From NCBI GenBank assembly GCA_964553165.1, contig CAZKJY010000001.1:1-29188 (forward strand): DNA of 29,188 nt, written 5' to 3'. The position numbers were made by a program, and so were the translations under genes. The notes under the pieces were generated by a model. That model was not told the DNA's origin. It was given only the letters and a program-made list of their open reading frames with translations, and made no database searches. Below, piece by piece: positions 11,386-19,742 of the stretch. The DNA is from an uncultured Enterobacteriaceae bacterium. GTDB taxonomy: Bacteria; Pseudomonadota; Gammaproteobacteria; Pseudomonadales; Pseudohongiellaceae. Position 1 is the first letter of the stretch, and every line of letters begins with the position of its first letter.

Positions 11386-12423
11386 TTACAGGGCGGGCAA
11401 ACTGTCGAGCGCCCAGCGCGGTTTTGCCAGAATGGTCAGATCATCCTGTTGGCCGGCGAGCAGACGCTGACAACCTGCATAGGCAATCATCGCACCATTG
11501 TCCGTACAGTACTGCAGTTTGGGGTAATAAACCTGATAGGAATTTTTCTCAGCGAGATCTGCCAGCACCTGCCGTAAACGCTGATTGGCACTGACACCAC
11601 CGGCGATGACCAGCGTGTCGAGCCCGGTCTGCTGCAGGGCCCGGTGACATTTGATGCGCATGGTATCCACCACAGCCTCCTGAAAGGCATGCGCAATGTC
11701 TGCCTTGCTTTGCTGATCCAGATTCTGGGTGTCTGTGTCACCATCAAGCAGTTCAAGGATGCTGTTGAGCGTGTAGGTTTTCAATCCGCTGAAGGAAAAA
11801 TCCAGGCCGGGACGATTGGTCATGGGACGGGGAAAAGTAAAACGTCCCGGGGTTCCGCTTTCGGCCAGTCTGGCGACATGGGGTCCACCCGGATAGGGAA
11901 GTCCCAGCATCTTGGCTACCTTGTCAAAAGCTTCACCGGCTGCATCGTCAAGCGATTCGCCAATCAGCCGGTACACGCCTATGTTCTCCACTTCCACCAA
12001 CTGGGTATGCCCGCCGGAAACCAGCAGCGCCACAAAAGGAAAGCTTGGTCCTTTTTCTTCCAGGAGGGGCGCCAGCAGATGACCTTCCATGTGGTGAACC
12101 CCCAGGGTGGGAATATTCCAGGTCATGCCCAGCGCCCGCCCTATGGATGCCCCTACCAGCAGGGCACCTGCCAGTCCCGGTCCTGCCGTATAGGCCAGGC
12201 CATCAATATCATTTTTCGAACAGCCGGCTTTCTCCATGACTTCGCGAATCAGCGGCAGAGTCTTGCGTATATGATCGCGGGAAGCCAGTTCCGGAACCAC
12301 GCCGCCATACTTCTGGTGAATGGCAACCTGACTGTAAAGTGCATCAGCAAGCAAACCGGCCTCGCTGTCATAAATGGCAATCCCTGTTTCATCACAGGAT
12401 GATTCAATTCCCAGTACTTTCAT
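11386..12423 (-). CDS. tsaD: tRNA N6-adenosine threonylcarbamoyltransferase subunit TsaD
   Basis: [58 protein letters not shown] and CTDNGAMIA. Start moved to ATG 12423. Confidence 0.97.
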   Translation of the reverse strand: MKVLGIESSCDETGIAIYDSEAGLLADALYSQVAIHQKYGGVVPELASRDHIRKTLPLIREVMEKAGCSKNDIDGLAYTAGPGLAGALLVGASIGRALGMTWNIPTLGVHHMEGHLLAPLLEEKGPSFPFVALLVSGGHTQLVEVENIGVYRLIGESLDDAAGEAFDKVAKMLGLPYPGGPHVARLAESGTPGRFTFPRPMTNRPGLDFSFSGLKTYTLNSILELLDGDTDTQNLDQQSKADIAHAFQEAVVDTMRIKCHRALQQTGLDTLVIAGGVSANQRLRQVLADLAEKNSYQVYYPKLQYCTDNGAMIAYAGCQRLLAGQQDDLTILAKPRWALDSLPAL

Positions 12424-12534
12424 GCTTTCGTGAGCTTCTTCAAGTTTCAAAAACTTGCATTATACATTTCCCATAAATTATGGATAATTGAACCGCCTTC
12501 GACGTATTCGTGTATTACTTTCATAGATCATCGC

Positions 12535-14259
12535 ATGAACTTTTATTTATTAAAGCTAAGCTCTTATTTTTCCTGTAAATTTATTCGGGTTCTCTCACTC
12601 ACACTAAGCATCCTCCTCACCCTGACGGCCTGTGCTTCCTATGAAGATACCGTTGAAGAACCAGGCCTTGAGCAGGCAAGCAGCCAGCAAACAGAAATCC
12701 AGCGTCCCTCCCAGCCCCTGCTGATTGAGGATCTGGTCAGCGCGGCCAACGTTTCGGGTGACCGGGATATTTCTCCGATCCAGGAATCCGATAGCCATGA
12801 AGAAACTGAAATAGTGCTACCTGTCACGCCTGCGGTCGCCATGACTGCCAATCGTGTGGTTGAACGTGAAATCAATGACTACTTGCAGAACCGTCGCAGT
12901 CTCCTGCATCTCTGGATTGAGCGTGGACAGCTCTGGTTTCCGATGATCGAACAGATCTTCGGGGAAGAAGGAATACCCGATGAACTAAAATATATCGCAC
13001 TGGGAGAAAGCAGCCTGAATCCAATCGCAAGAAGTTCGGCTGGCGCAGCTGGCATGTGGCAGTTCATGCCGGCAACGGCAAGAGGTGAAGGGCTGAGAGT
13101 AGACAACTGGATTGATCAGCGATTGGATCCTGAGCTGGCAACCCGGGCTGCAGCCAAACATCTGAAAATTCTGTATGAAACATACAGTGGCAACTGGCAC
13201 CTTGCATTGGCTGGTTACAATTGCAGCTATCGATGTATCAGCCGGGCAGTCGAAAGAGCTGGCGGTTCAATTGAGAATCCACCCTCTTTTTGGGAAATCT
13301 ATCCCTTTCTGCCCAGACAGACCAGAAACTTCATCCCCAAATTCATTGCGGCAGCCTTGATCGTCTCCGACCCGGAACGCTTTGGCATTCAGGTTGAAAA
13401 TCTGGGCCAGGAATATACCTATGATGTCGTGCTGGTCGAAGGCATGATGAGTCTGGAAAGCGCTGCCGATCTGGCCGGGGTTGATCTGGCGACCATCCGC
13501 CGTCTGAATCCCTCCGTCAGAAAAGCAACCCTGCCCGACAGCGCAGAACCTTACCCGCTTAAAATTCCAGCCGGCAGCTACCAACGATTTATCAGAGCCT
13601 TTGCCCGCTTACCCGCCGCTGAAAAGAGTTCGCCGACCGAATATCAGGTACGCTCCGGAGATACTCTGGCAGCCATCGCCCGCCAGTATCAGACAAGCAT
13701 CGGCGAGCTACAGGCGGTCAACGGCATTCGCAATCATCTGATTTATCCGGGCCAGAACCTGATGATCCCGGGAACTGGGATTACGACTGACATTGCCATT
13801 CGCTCCGAAGCCCCGAGAACAGTTAATTTTGGGGAACCAATGTATCGTCCAATCAAGCTCAACGAAGGTTTCCAGATTGTTGAACAGGCAGGTTCGACTG
13901 AAGACGAACCGCTGATGGCCATCAGTCTCAGCGATAACGTGGTCGACGATCTGGTCGTCCCTACCATTTATAACGTCCGCAGCGGTGATACGCTGGGACA
14001 GATCGCTGAACGCTTTGATGTCTCCATCCGGGACATCCAGGTCTGGAATAATTTTACCGGGACTACCATCTATGTGAACCAGGAGCTGACCCTGCATACG
14101 GCTGCCACCGCACCAACCCAGCAGATTTATCGGGTCCAGCGGGGAGACAATCTGGCCAGTATCGCGCGCCGCTTTGGCATCAGTGTCGACAACCTGAAAC
14201 GGATGAACGGCCTCAGCAGTGATTTGATCTTCCCTGGCCAGGACCTGCAGATCAACTGA
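12535..14259 (+). CDS. Lipoprotein lytic transglycosylase (MltD-like SLT domain) with three LysM domains
   Basis: Lipobox LTAC. SLT motifs ALGESSLNP..RSSAGAAGMWQFMPATA, DQRLDP, LAGYNC and LPRQTRNFIPK. Three LysM repeats (YQVRSGDTL, YNVRSGDTL, YRVQRGDNL). Start chosen at ATG 12535. Confidence 0.88.
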   Translation: MNFYLLKLSSYFSCKFIRVLSLTLSILLTLTACASYEDTVEEPGLEQASSQQTEIQRPSQPLLIEDLVSAANVSGDRDISPIQESDSHEETEIVLPVTPAVAMTANRVVEREINDYLQNRRSLLHLWIERGQLWFPMIEQIFGEEGIPDELKYIALGESSLNPIARSSAGAAGMWQFMPATARGEGLRVDNWIDQRLDPELATRAAAKHLKILYETYSGNWHLALAGYNCSYRCISRAVERAGGSIENPPSFWEIYPFLPRQTRNFIPKFIAAALIVSDPERFGIQVENLGQEYTYDVVLVEGMMSLESAADLAGVDLATIRRLNPSVRKATLPDSAEPYPLKIPAGSYQRFIRAFARLPAAEKSSPTEYQVRSGDTLAAIARQYQTSIGELQAVNGIRNHLIYPGQNLMIPGTGITTDIAIRSEAPRTVNFGEPMYRPIKLNEGFQIVEQAGSTEDEPLMAISLSDNVVDDLVVPTIYNVRSGDTLGQIAERFDVSIRDIQVWNNFTGTTIYVNQELTLHTAATAPTQQIYRVQRGDNLASIARRFGISVDNLKRMNGLSSDLIFPGQDLQIN

Positions 14260-14404
14260 GCTTCACCGCTTTCGGAACCCGCCCGTCCATTAATCTGCAA
14301 ACAGCCTGTTTCGCCTAGCAGGCTGGACACCCCAAAGAGTGGCGGGTATGCTCTTGCGCTGCTTACTAATAAATTAACAACAGCAATAATAAATACAGGA
14401 GTTC

Positions 14405-15109
14405 ATGATGAAATTTTCCAGTATAAGTCTCAGTTTAGCCGCAATCATGGTTCTGCTATCCAGCGCCCCTGCCATGGCACAGGTTCGTGGCGCAGCCGCA
14501 CAGCAGCAGATGAGTTTTTTTGTGACCAGTGCCGGTTCAGGTATGGGGGGAAATCTTGGTGGTCTGGCCGGTGCTGATGCCCGTTGCCAGGCGCTGGCCG
14601 CTGTCGCTGGTGCCGGTAACAAGACCTGGCACGCCTACCTCAGCACGCAGGGACCGAATGCCGTAAATGCCCGTGACCGCATTGGTTCCGGCCCCTGGTA
14701 TAATGCCAATGGTGACATGATTGCCAGAAATCTGGCCGAGCTTCACAATGAAACCAGTAACAACCTGTCAGTAAGAACCGCCCTGGATGAACACGGTGCC
14801 CCGGTGCCTTACGTTGCCCTGGATGAAAACGGTGCTCCTTTGCCGATTGCCCTGCAGATTGGTGTTGAGCACGACGCTCTGACTGGCACACAGGCGGATG
14901 GCACTGCCTTTCCGGCCGGAGAAGACCGAACCTGTGGTAACTGGACCTCCAGCGGTGATGGTTCTGCCATGCTTGGCCATATTGACCGTCTCAGTCTGCA
15001 GCCAGGTTTGTCACCCTGGGCAGCAGCTCACCCCTCCCAGGGTTGCAGTCAGCAGGCGCTGGTCAATACCGGTGGTGCAGGCCGCTTCTACTGCTTCGCG
15101 ATTGATTAA
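14405..15109 (+). CDS. Secreted endostatin-like / C-type-lectin-fold protein (DUF1554-related)
   Basis: Signal peptide, then FFVTS..GNLGGLAGADARCQ, WHAYLS, TG..ADG...TCGNWTS, GC and FYCF. The four Cys are spaced as in collagen XVIII endostatin and Leptospira Len proteins. Family recognised from memory, not searched. Confidence 0.7.
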   Translation: MMKFSSISLSLAAIMVLLSSAPAMAQVRGAAAQQQMSFFVTSAGSGMGGNLGGLAGADARCQALAAVAGAGNKTWHAYLSTQGPNAVNARDRIGSGPWYNANGDMIARNLAELHNETSNNLSVRTALDEHGAPVPYVALDENGAPLPIALQIGVEHDALTGTQADGTAFPAGEDRTCGNWTSSGDGSAMLGHIDRLSLQPGLSPWAAAHPSQGCSQQALVNTGGAGRFYCFAID

Positions 15110-15126
15110 GCACTGAACTCAACTTT

Positions 15127-16032
15127 ATGCTGAAACGACTGCTTTGCCTGGCACTCCTGTGCCAGGCAACTCCCTTACTCGCTCAGGAATCCGACATTGT
15201 TGGTTTCTGGAATCAGCCTGCCCCGGGAATCGCCATTGATTCCGAACTGTTCGGATTCATCGAGGATGCCAATGAACGCGCCGATGGCCCCCCTCTGGTG
15301 GACTACCTGGGCATTCCACTGAATGAAGAGGCGCTGTCCCGGGCACTTTCCTATGACAGTGCCCTGCTGGGAGTTACCGAACATGTGTGCATGCGCCACC
15401 CATCCCAGTATTCGTACTGGGGGCCTGCTGCCCTGCGCATTGCCGCTCAGCTGGACGACAATCTGGACCTGATTTCCTATACCATCGGCGGCACTTTCCG
15501 CCGGGCAGACCGGACCATCTGGATGGATGGCAGACCGCACCCATCCGAATACGCCCCCCATACCTGGGCCGGCTTCACAACCGGACGCTGGGAAAACGGC
15601 ACCCTGATCACAACCACCACTCACCTGAAATGGGGCTGGGTAAGACGTAATGGGGTTCCCAGCAGTGATGAGGCAACGGTAACCACTTACTATCAGCGCA
15701 ATGATGGTGTGCTGACCATCACCTGGTTTGTTGATGACCCGCATTACCTGACAGACAGCTATGTCAGGTCCGCCGATTTCATAATTGCTCCTCAGGGAGT
15801 AACAACGGCCACCTTCGGCGTGGAACCGCCGGACACCACAGACAACGTCTACCTGGAATGTCTCAACATTGCTGAAATTCCTCGTCCGGAAAGACACTAT
15901 GTGCCCCATTATCTGCCCGGCGAGAATCCCTTTTACGGCGACCGGGCGGAAGAGCTGGGCATTCCGGTAGCCCCCACCCTGGGCGGCGAAGCAACGATGT
16001 ATCCTGAATACCGTGAAGAGTTAAGACCATGA
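15127..16032 (+). CDS. Secreted uncharacterised protein, two-Cys family paralogue P1
   Basis: Signal peptide (LLA|QE). Motifs DIVGFW, DYLGIPLN, VCMRHP, RTIWMDGRPH, TWAGFTTGRWENGTLITTT, RRNGVPSS, DDPHYL and LECL are shared with the 17026 and 20162 ORFs. Confidence 0.85.
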   Translation: MLKRLLCLALLCQATPLLAQESDIVGFWNQPAPGIAIDSELFGFIEDANERADGPPLVDYLGIPLNEEALSRALSYDSALLGVTEHVCMRHPSQYSYWGPAALRIAAQLDDNLDLISYTIGGTFRRADRTIWMDGRPHPSEYAPHTWAGFTTGRWENGTLITTTTHLKWGWVRRNGVPSSDEATVTTYYQRNDGVLTITWFVDDPHYLTDSYVRSADFIIAPQGVTTATFGVEPPDTTDNVYLECLNIAEIPRPERHYVPHYLPGENPFYGDRAEELGIPVAPTLGGEATMYPEYREELRP

Positions 16033-17018
16033 ACCGCGTTATTTCCATGATGGCGGACAACTCCCTGAGCCTGCTGCTCACAGGCCTTCTGAGTCTCAGC
16101 CTCGCACTGTCAGCAAGGGCCAATCCTGAAGAACCACCAGTCTCGGGCCAGCTGGAAACCCTGCATGTGCAGGGCAATGTCTGGATGATTGCCGGTGCCG
16201 GTGGCAATATTGCTGTACAGGTTGGTGAACAGGGCATCATGCTGGTGGATACGGGGAGTCTCGAACCGGCTGAAGCCGTCATTGCGGCCATCGCGAAAAT
16301 ATCCGACCGCCCGATTCGTTACATCATCAATACCTCCACCGCCGACCAGCATGTTGGTGGCAATACTCTGATAGCGGCCTTACCGGGCGGTTCGACGCGG
16401 GGCGCTGAACGGGGTGCACGGATCAGTGTGATTGCTCAGGAAAATGTTCTCTTCCAGATGAGTGTCGCCCTTACAGAGGATGGAGAACAGCGCTATCCGC
16501 AATCTTCCTGGCCCACTGAAGGCTATTTTGAAGCCAGTCGGGGCCAGACTTTCAATGGCGAAGCCATCGATATCATACACATGCCCAATGCCTACAGTGA
16601 CGGTGATACAGTCGTTTATTTCCGGGGCTCCAATGTTCTGGTCAGTGGCGACATCTACACCACGACCAACCTGCCCCTGATAGATCCTGACAAAGGCGGC
16701 AGCCTGGCTGGCAGCATTGCGGCACTGGACCGAATGCTGGAAATCACCATCTCCGGGGATTTAGCCGAAGGCGGCACCTACATCATTCCGGGTCATGGTT
16801 ATATTTCCGATGAGGCTGAACTGGTTGAGTTCCGTGACATGACCTATATCATCCGCGACCGGCTACAGCGCCTTGTCAGCGAGGAAGGAGCCAGTCTGGA
16901 TGCAGTCAAGGCTGCCCGGCCCGTGCTGGGCTGGGAGAGCCGCTACAGTCAGCCGGGCTGGACGGTTGACATGTTTCTGGAGACAGTTTATCCAGAATTT
17001 ACAGGCCAGAATGACTAG
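16029..17018 (+). CDS. Secreted metallo-beta-lactamase-fold protein with a degenerate metal site
   Basis: GGNIAVQVG..GIMLVDTG, IRYIINTSTADQHVGGN, HMPNAYSDGD, VSGDIY and IIPGHG. The start overlaps the P1 stop (ATGA). Confidence 0.88.
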   Translation: MNRVISMMADNSLSLLLTGLLSLSLALSARANPEEPPVSGQLETLHVQGNVWMIAGAGGNIAVQVGEQGIMLVDTGSLEPAEAVIAAIAKISDRPIRYIINTSTADQHVGGNTLIAALPGGSTRGAERGARISVIAQENVLFQMSVALTEDGEQRYPQSSWPTEGYFEASRGQTFNGEAIDIIHMPNAYSDGDTVVYFRGSNVLVSGDIYTTTNLPLIDPDKGGSLAGSIAALDRMLEITISGDLAEGGTYIIPGHGYISDEAELVEFRDMTYIIRDRLQRLVSEEGASLDAVKAARPVLGWESRYSQPGWTVDMFLETVYPEFTGQND

Positions 17019-17025
17019 TCTGAAC

Positions 17026-17841
17026 ATGAATATGAAAAGAACACAATTGAAGATACTGATCAAACTGTCTGGTGTCCTTCTGCTTAACGCAGTCCTGCCA
17101 CTGGTAGCACAGGCCCAGGAATCCATCTATCAGCGATTCTCTCCCATTGATATCACCGGCAACTGGGTCGCAGTCATTACAGAAGACTGGCACGTCCGCA
17201 TGATAACCCCGGCACCGGGATATCTGGCAGGCCTGCCGCTCAGTAACCGGGGTCGGGAAAGTGCCAATGCCTTTGACATAGAGCAGTTCAGGGAATCAGG
17301 CCAGGCCTGTCAGGCCTATGGGGCTCCTGTCCTGCTGCGAGAACCTGGTCGTCTGCAAATCAGCTGGCAGGATGGCGATACCTTGCGCATCGATATGGAT
17401 TCCGGTGAGCAGAGCCGCTTTCTGCATTTTGATAACCCGCCTCAGCCAGGCGCGCCCAGTCTGCAGGGTCTTTCCCTGGCCGAGTGGCAGTATGCCGGTG
17501 GTTTTGACCCGCAACGCCAGCTGCTGAATCCCGATCAGGGCACCGGTCGCCGAACCCTTAATCAGCGTACTCCGGCCCAGCAAATGGTCGGTGGCAAGCT
17601 GTATGTGGAAACAGGGAATTTAAGTGCTGGCCTTCTGCGCAAAAATGGCGTGCCTTACAGCAGCGAGACTGAAGTGAAAGAATACTTCAACACGCTCACA
17701 GAAGCGGATGGAACAGAGTGGTTGATCGTGACGACGATTGTGCGTGATCCGGTTAATCTGCTGGTGGAGTACATCACCAGTTCCAATTTCCGTCGCGAGG
17801 CTGATAATGCCGGCTGGGACCCGAGGCCCTGCACACTTTAA
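17026..17841 (+). CDS. Secreted uncharacterised protein, two-Cys family paralogue P2
   Basis: Signal peptide (AQA|QE). Motifs DITGNW, GYLAGLPLS, ACQAYG, QGLSLAEW, GKLYVETGNL, LRKNGVPYS, RDPVNL and PRPC. Start could be ATG 17011, 17026 or 17032. Confidence 0.83.
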   Translation: MNMKRTQLKILIKLSGVLLLNAVLPLVAQAQESIYQRFSPIDITGNWVAVITEDWHVRMITPAPGYLAGLPLSNRGRESANAFDIEQFRESGQACQAYGAPVLLREPGRLQISWQDGDTLRIDMDSGEQSRFLHFDNPPQPGAPSLQGLSLAEWQYAGGFDPQRQLLNPDQGTGRRTLNQRTPAQQMVGGKLYVETGNLSAGLLRKNGVPYSSETEVKEYFNTLTEADGTEWLIVTTIVRDPVNLLVEYITSSNFRREADNAGWDPRPCTL

Positions 17842-17845
17842 GCGC

Positions 17846-19564
17846 TCAGCAATCCCTGTAATCGTTTTCGGCACAGGCCCGGGCTCTTTCCATCGCCGTG
17901 ATAATCTGATCGGCACTCAAACGGGGTTCCAGATTTTGCTGGTAGGTACGGGCCTGCTGGTTATTCTGTTCCGATGCCAGTTGCGCCCACATGTAGGCAT
18001 CAATCAATGAGGCACTTTCCATCCCAAGGCCTTCGGCATACATGACAGCCAGATTGGCCTGAGCCGGGGCATAACCGCGCTCTGCCGCCATCCTGAAATA
18101 AGCAACCGCCTGTTCCAGATTTTGCGGGGTCCCCTGGGCATTAACATGCATCATCCCCAGATTGAGCATGGCCTGGGTATCATTCAGTGCAGCTGCCTGC
18201 TCATAATAACGCATCGTTTCAGCCAGATTCTGTTCTACGCCGAGACCATTGGCATACATCCAGGCCAGATTGACCATGCCTCGGGCATACTCCTGCTCCA
18301 CGGCCAGACGGTAGAGTCGCACGGCTTCTTCAAAATCCTGGTCGACACCCTGACCATTGGCATACATCACGCCCAGGTTGGTCTGGGCCTCGGCACTCTG
18401 CTGTGCTGCCGCCAGCCGGTAGAGACGGATTGCCTCATCAAAATTCTGCGGGATACCCTGACCCAGATAATGTTTATTAGCCAGCGCCACTTGTGCCAGG
18501 GTGAAATTCTGCTGCGCGGCCAGTTGAAACAGACTGGCGGCTATGGTGGCGTTACGGGGGAAGCCATCGCCGTTATCGTATTTGAGGCCAAGGGTAAACT
18601 GCGCACGGGCACTGCCAAAATCGGCAGCTCTCTCATAAAGTCGCAGTGCCTGATTCAGATCAGGCGCCACGCCATGACCGTTTTCATACATCCAGCCCAG
18701 CCAGTAAATTGCCTGTGGATTACTCTGGTCTGCCGCCGCTATAAAGAGTCTCATGGCTTCTTCATAATCCTGCTCGACTATATCGCCGTCCAGATACAGA
18801 TTGGCCACTGCCACCTGGGCGGGGGCATAGTCCTGATCGGCAGCGGCACGATACAGTTCAAGCGCCATTGATGGATCACTTTCCACACCGCTGCCCTGAT
18901 AATACATGTTGCCCAGATTCATCTGGGCAGGTGCAAACCCGTGCTCGCTGGCCTGTTGATAAAGCCGCACGGCTTCCTCCAAATCCTGTTCGACACCCTC
19001 GCCATTCAGATACAGGTTGCCGAGACTGACCAATGCCTGGTCATCCCCCTGTTCCGCCGCCCGGGTGAACAGATCAACTGCTTCCCGGTAATCCCTGTCG
19101 ACACCCTGGCCGTTCAGATACATGAAGGCCAGCTTGACATAGGCTGGGGCATAATCCTGGTCAGCGGCTTCTTCATACAGGTCCATTGCCGCCTCCATAT
19201 CCGGGATGCCACTGGTGCCGGCAAAACTGAGATCACCCTGATAAACCAGGGCTTCGGGATTGCCGGCCTCGGCCGCCAGACTATAGAGCCGGTTAGCCTC
19301 GCCAACATCCTGGGTAAGGAATTCACCCGCTATGTAGAGTTTGGCCAGTCTGACCTGGGCTTCTGCGTTGCCCTGATCTGCGAGTTCCCTGAATTCGCTG
19401 ATAGCCTGATCCATATCACCGGAAGCTTCTGCTGCCAGTGCCGTTTCCAGTTCGGCAGCAGATGCCTGCCAGCCGAAAACCTGCAGGAGCAGGACCGTGC
19501 CAAGCAAAAGGCAGCGAAGTATATTCAGGGGTTTGCCAGAAGACATGAAGCTGTATACGGACAT
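17846..19564 (-). CDS. Secreted Sel1-like repeat (SLR) protein
   Basis: Signal peptide (ASA|A), then 13 counted ~36-aa repeats of the type A.A...LG..Y..G.GV..D...A...Y..AA.QG, and a C-terminal C-x7-C (CAENDYRDC). Confidence 0.93.
   Translation of the reverse strand: MSVYSFMSSGKPLNILRCLLLGTVLLLQVFGWQASAAELETALAAEASGDMDQAISEFRELADQGNAEAQVRLAKLYIAGEFLTQDVGEANRLYSLAAEAGNPEALVYQGDLSFAGTSGIPDMEAAMDLYEEAADQDYAPAYVKLAFMYLNGQGVDRDYREAVDLFTRAAEQGDDQALVSLGNLYLNGEGVEQDLEEAVRLYQQASEHGFAPAQMNLGNMYYQGSGVESDPSMALELYRAAADQDYAPAQVAVANLYLDGDIVEQDYEEAMRLFIAAADQSNPQAIYWLGWMYENGHGVAPDLNQALRLYERAADFGSARAQFTLGLKYDNGDGFPRNATIAASLFQLAAQQNFTLAQVALANKHYLGQGIPQNFDEAIRLYRLAAAQQSAEAQTNLGVMYANGQGVDQDFEEAVRLYRLAVEQEYARGMVNLAWMYANGLGVEQNLAETMRYYEQAAALNDTQAMLNLGMMHVNAQGTPQNLEQAVAYFRMAAERGYAPAQANLAVMYAEGLGMESASLIDAYMWAQLASEQNNQQARTYQQNLEPRLSADQIITAMERARACAENDYRDC
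17960..19366 (-). repeat. Thirteen tandem 108-bp Sel1 repeat units (protein-level repeat, divergent at DNA level)
   Basis: Repeats counted by hand from AEAQVRL (aa 67) to ...ASEQNN (about aa 535). Boundaries are approximate. Confidence 0.85.
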
Positions 19565-19603
19565 GGTTAATTATCTAGTTTTTATTGAACCCTGCGGATG
19601 AAT

Positions 19604-19632
19604 ACTCTAAGCCTATTTAATCTCTTGGGCAA
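19604..19632 (-). promoter_or_regulatory. Putative sigma70 promoter for the Sel1 gene
   Basis: On the minus strand, TTGCCC-N17-TAGAGT lies about 40 nt upstream of the ATG at 19564. Confidence 0.45.
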
Positions 19633-19680
19633 TGCCCGCCCTGATATGAGGCCATCCGGAGGCTGATGATCCCAGCAATG

Positions 19681-19713
19681 AAAAAGCCCGGCTGGAAACC
19701 AGACCGGGCTTTT
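19681..19713 (-). terminator. Intrinsic terminator downstream of the DUF6152-like gene (bidirectional shape)
   Basis: AAAAAGCCCGG-CTGG-AAA-CCAG-A-CCGGGCTTTT is a GC stem with A/T tracts on both sides, 30 nt past the stop at 19743. Confidence 0.85.
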
Positions 19714-19742
19714 AAGAAGCAAATAAGTAAGTATGTACTTAC

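Noticed and set aside
11644-12402. 252-aa plus-strand ORF opposite tsaD
   Set aside because: Antisense shadow of a highly conserved gene.
14296-14345. Resemblance of GCAAAC...GGAC...CAAAG to a c-di-GMP-I (GEMM) riboswitch
   Set aside because: The GA-module closing pairs and the downstream P3 consensus do not match. Kept only as an unspecified structured leader.
15175-15909. 244-aa minus-strand ORF opposite P1
   Set aside because: Fully antisense to a gene with a signal peptide and family motifs. No SD or motif support.
18122-19570. Two long plus-strand ORFs (249 aa and 209 aa) opposite the Sel1 gene
   Set aside because: Antisense shadows of a repetitive, codon-biased gene. The products have no recognisable motifs, and the Sel1 frame explains the region.
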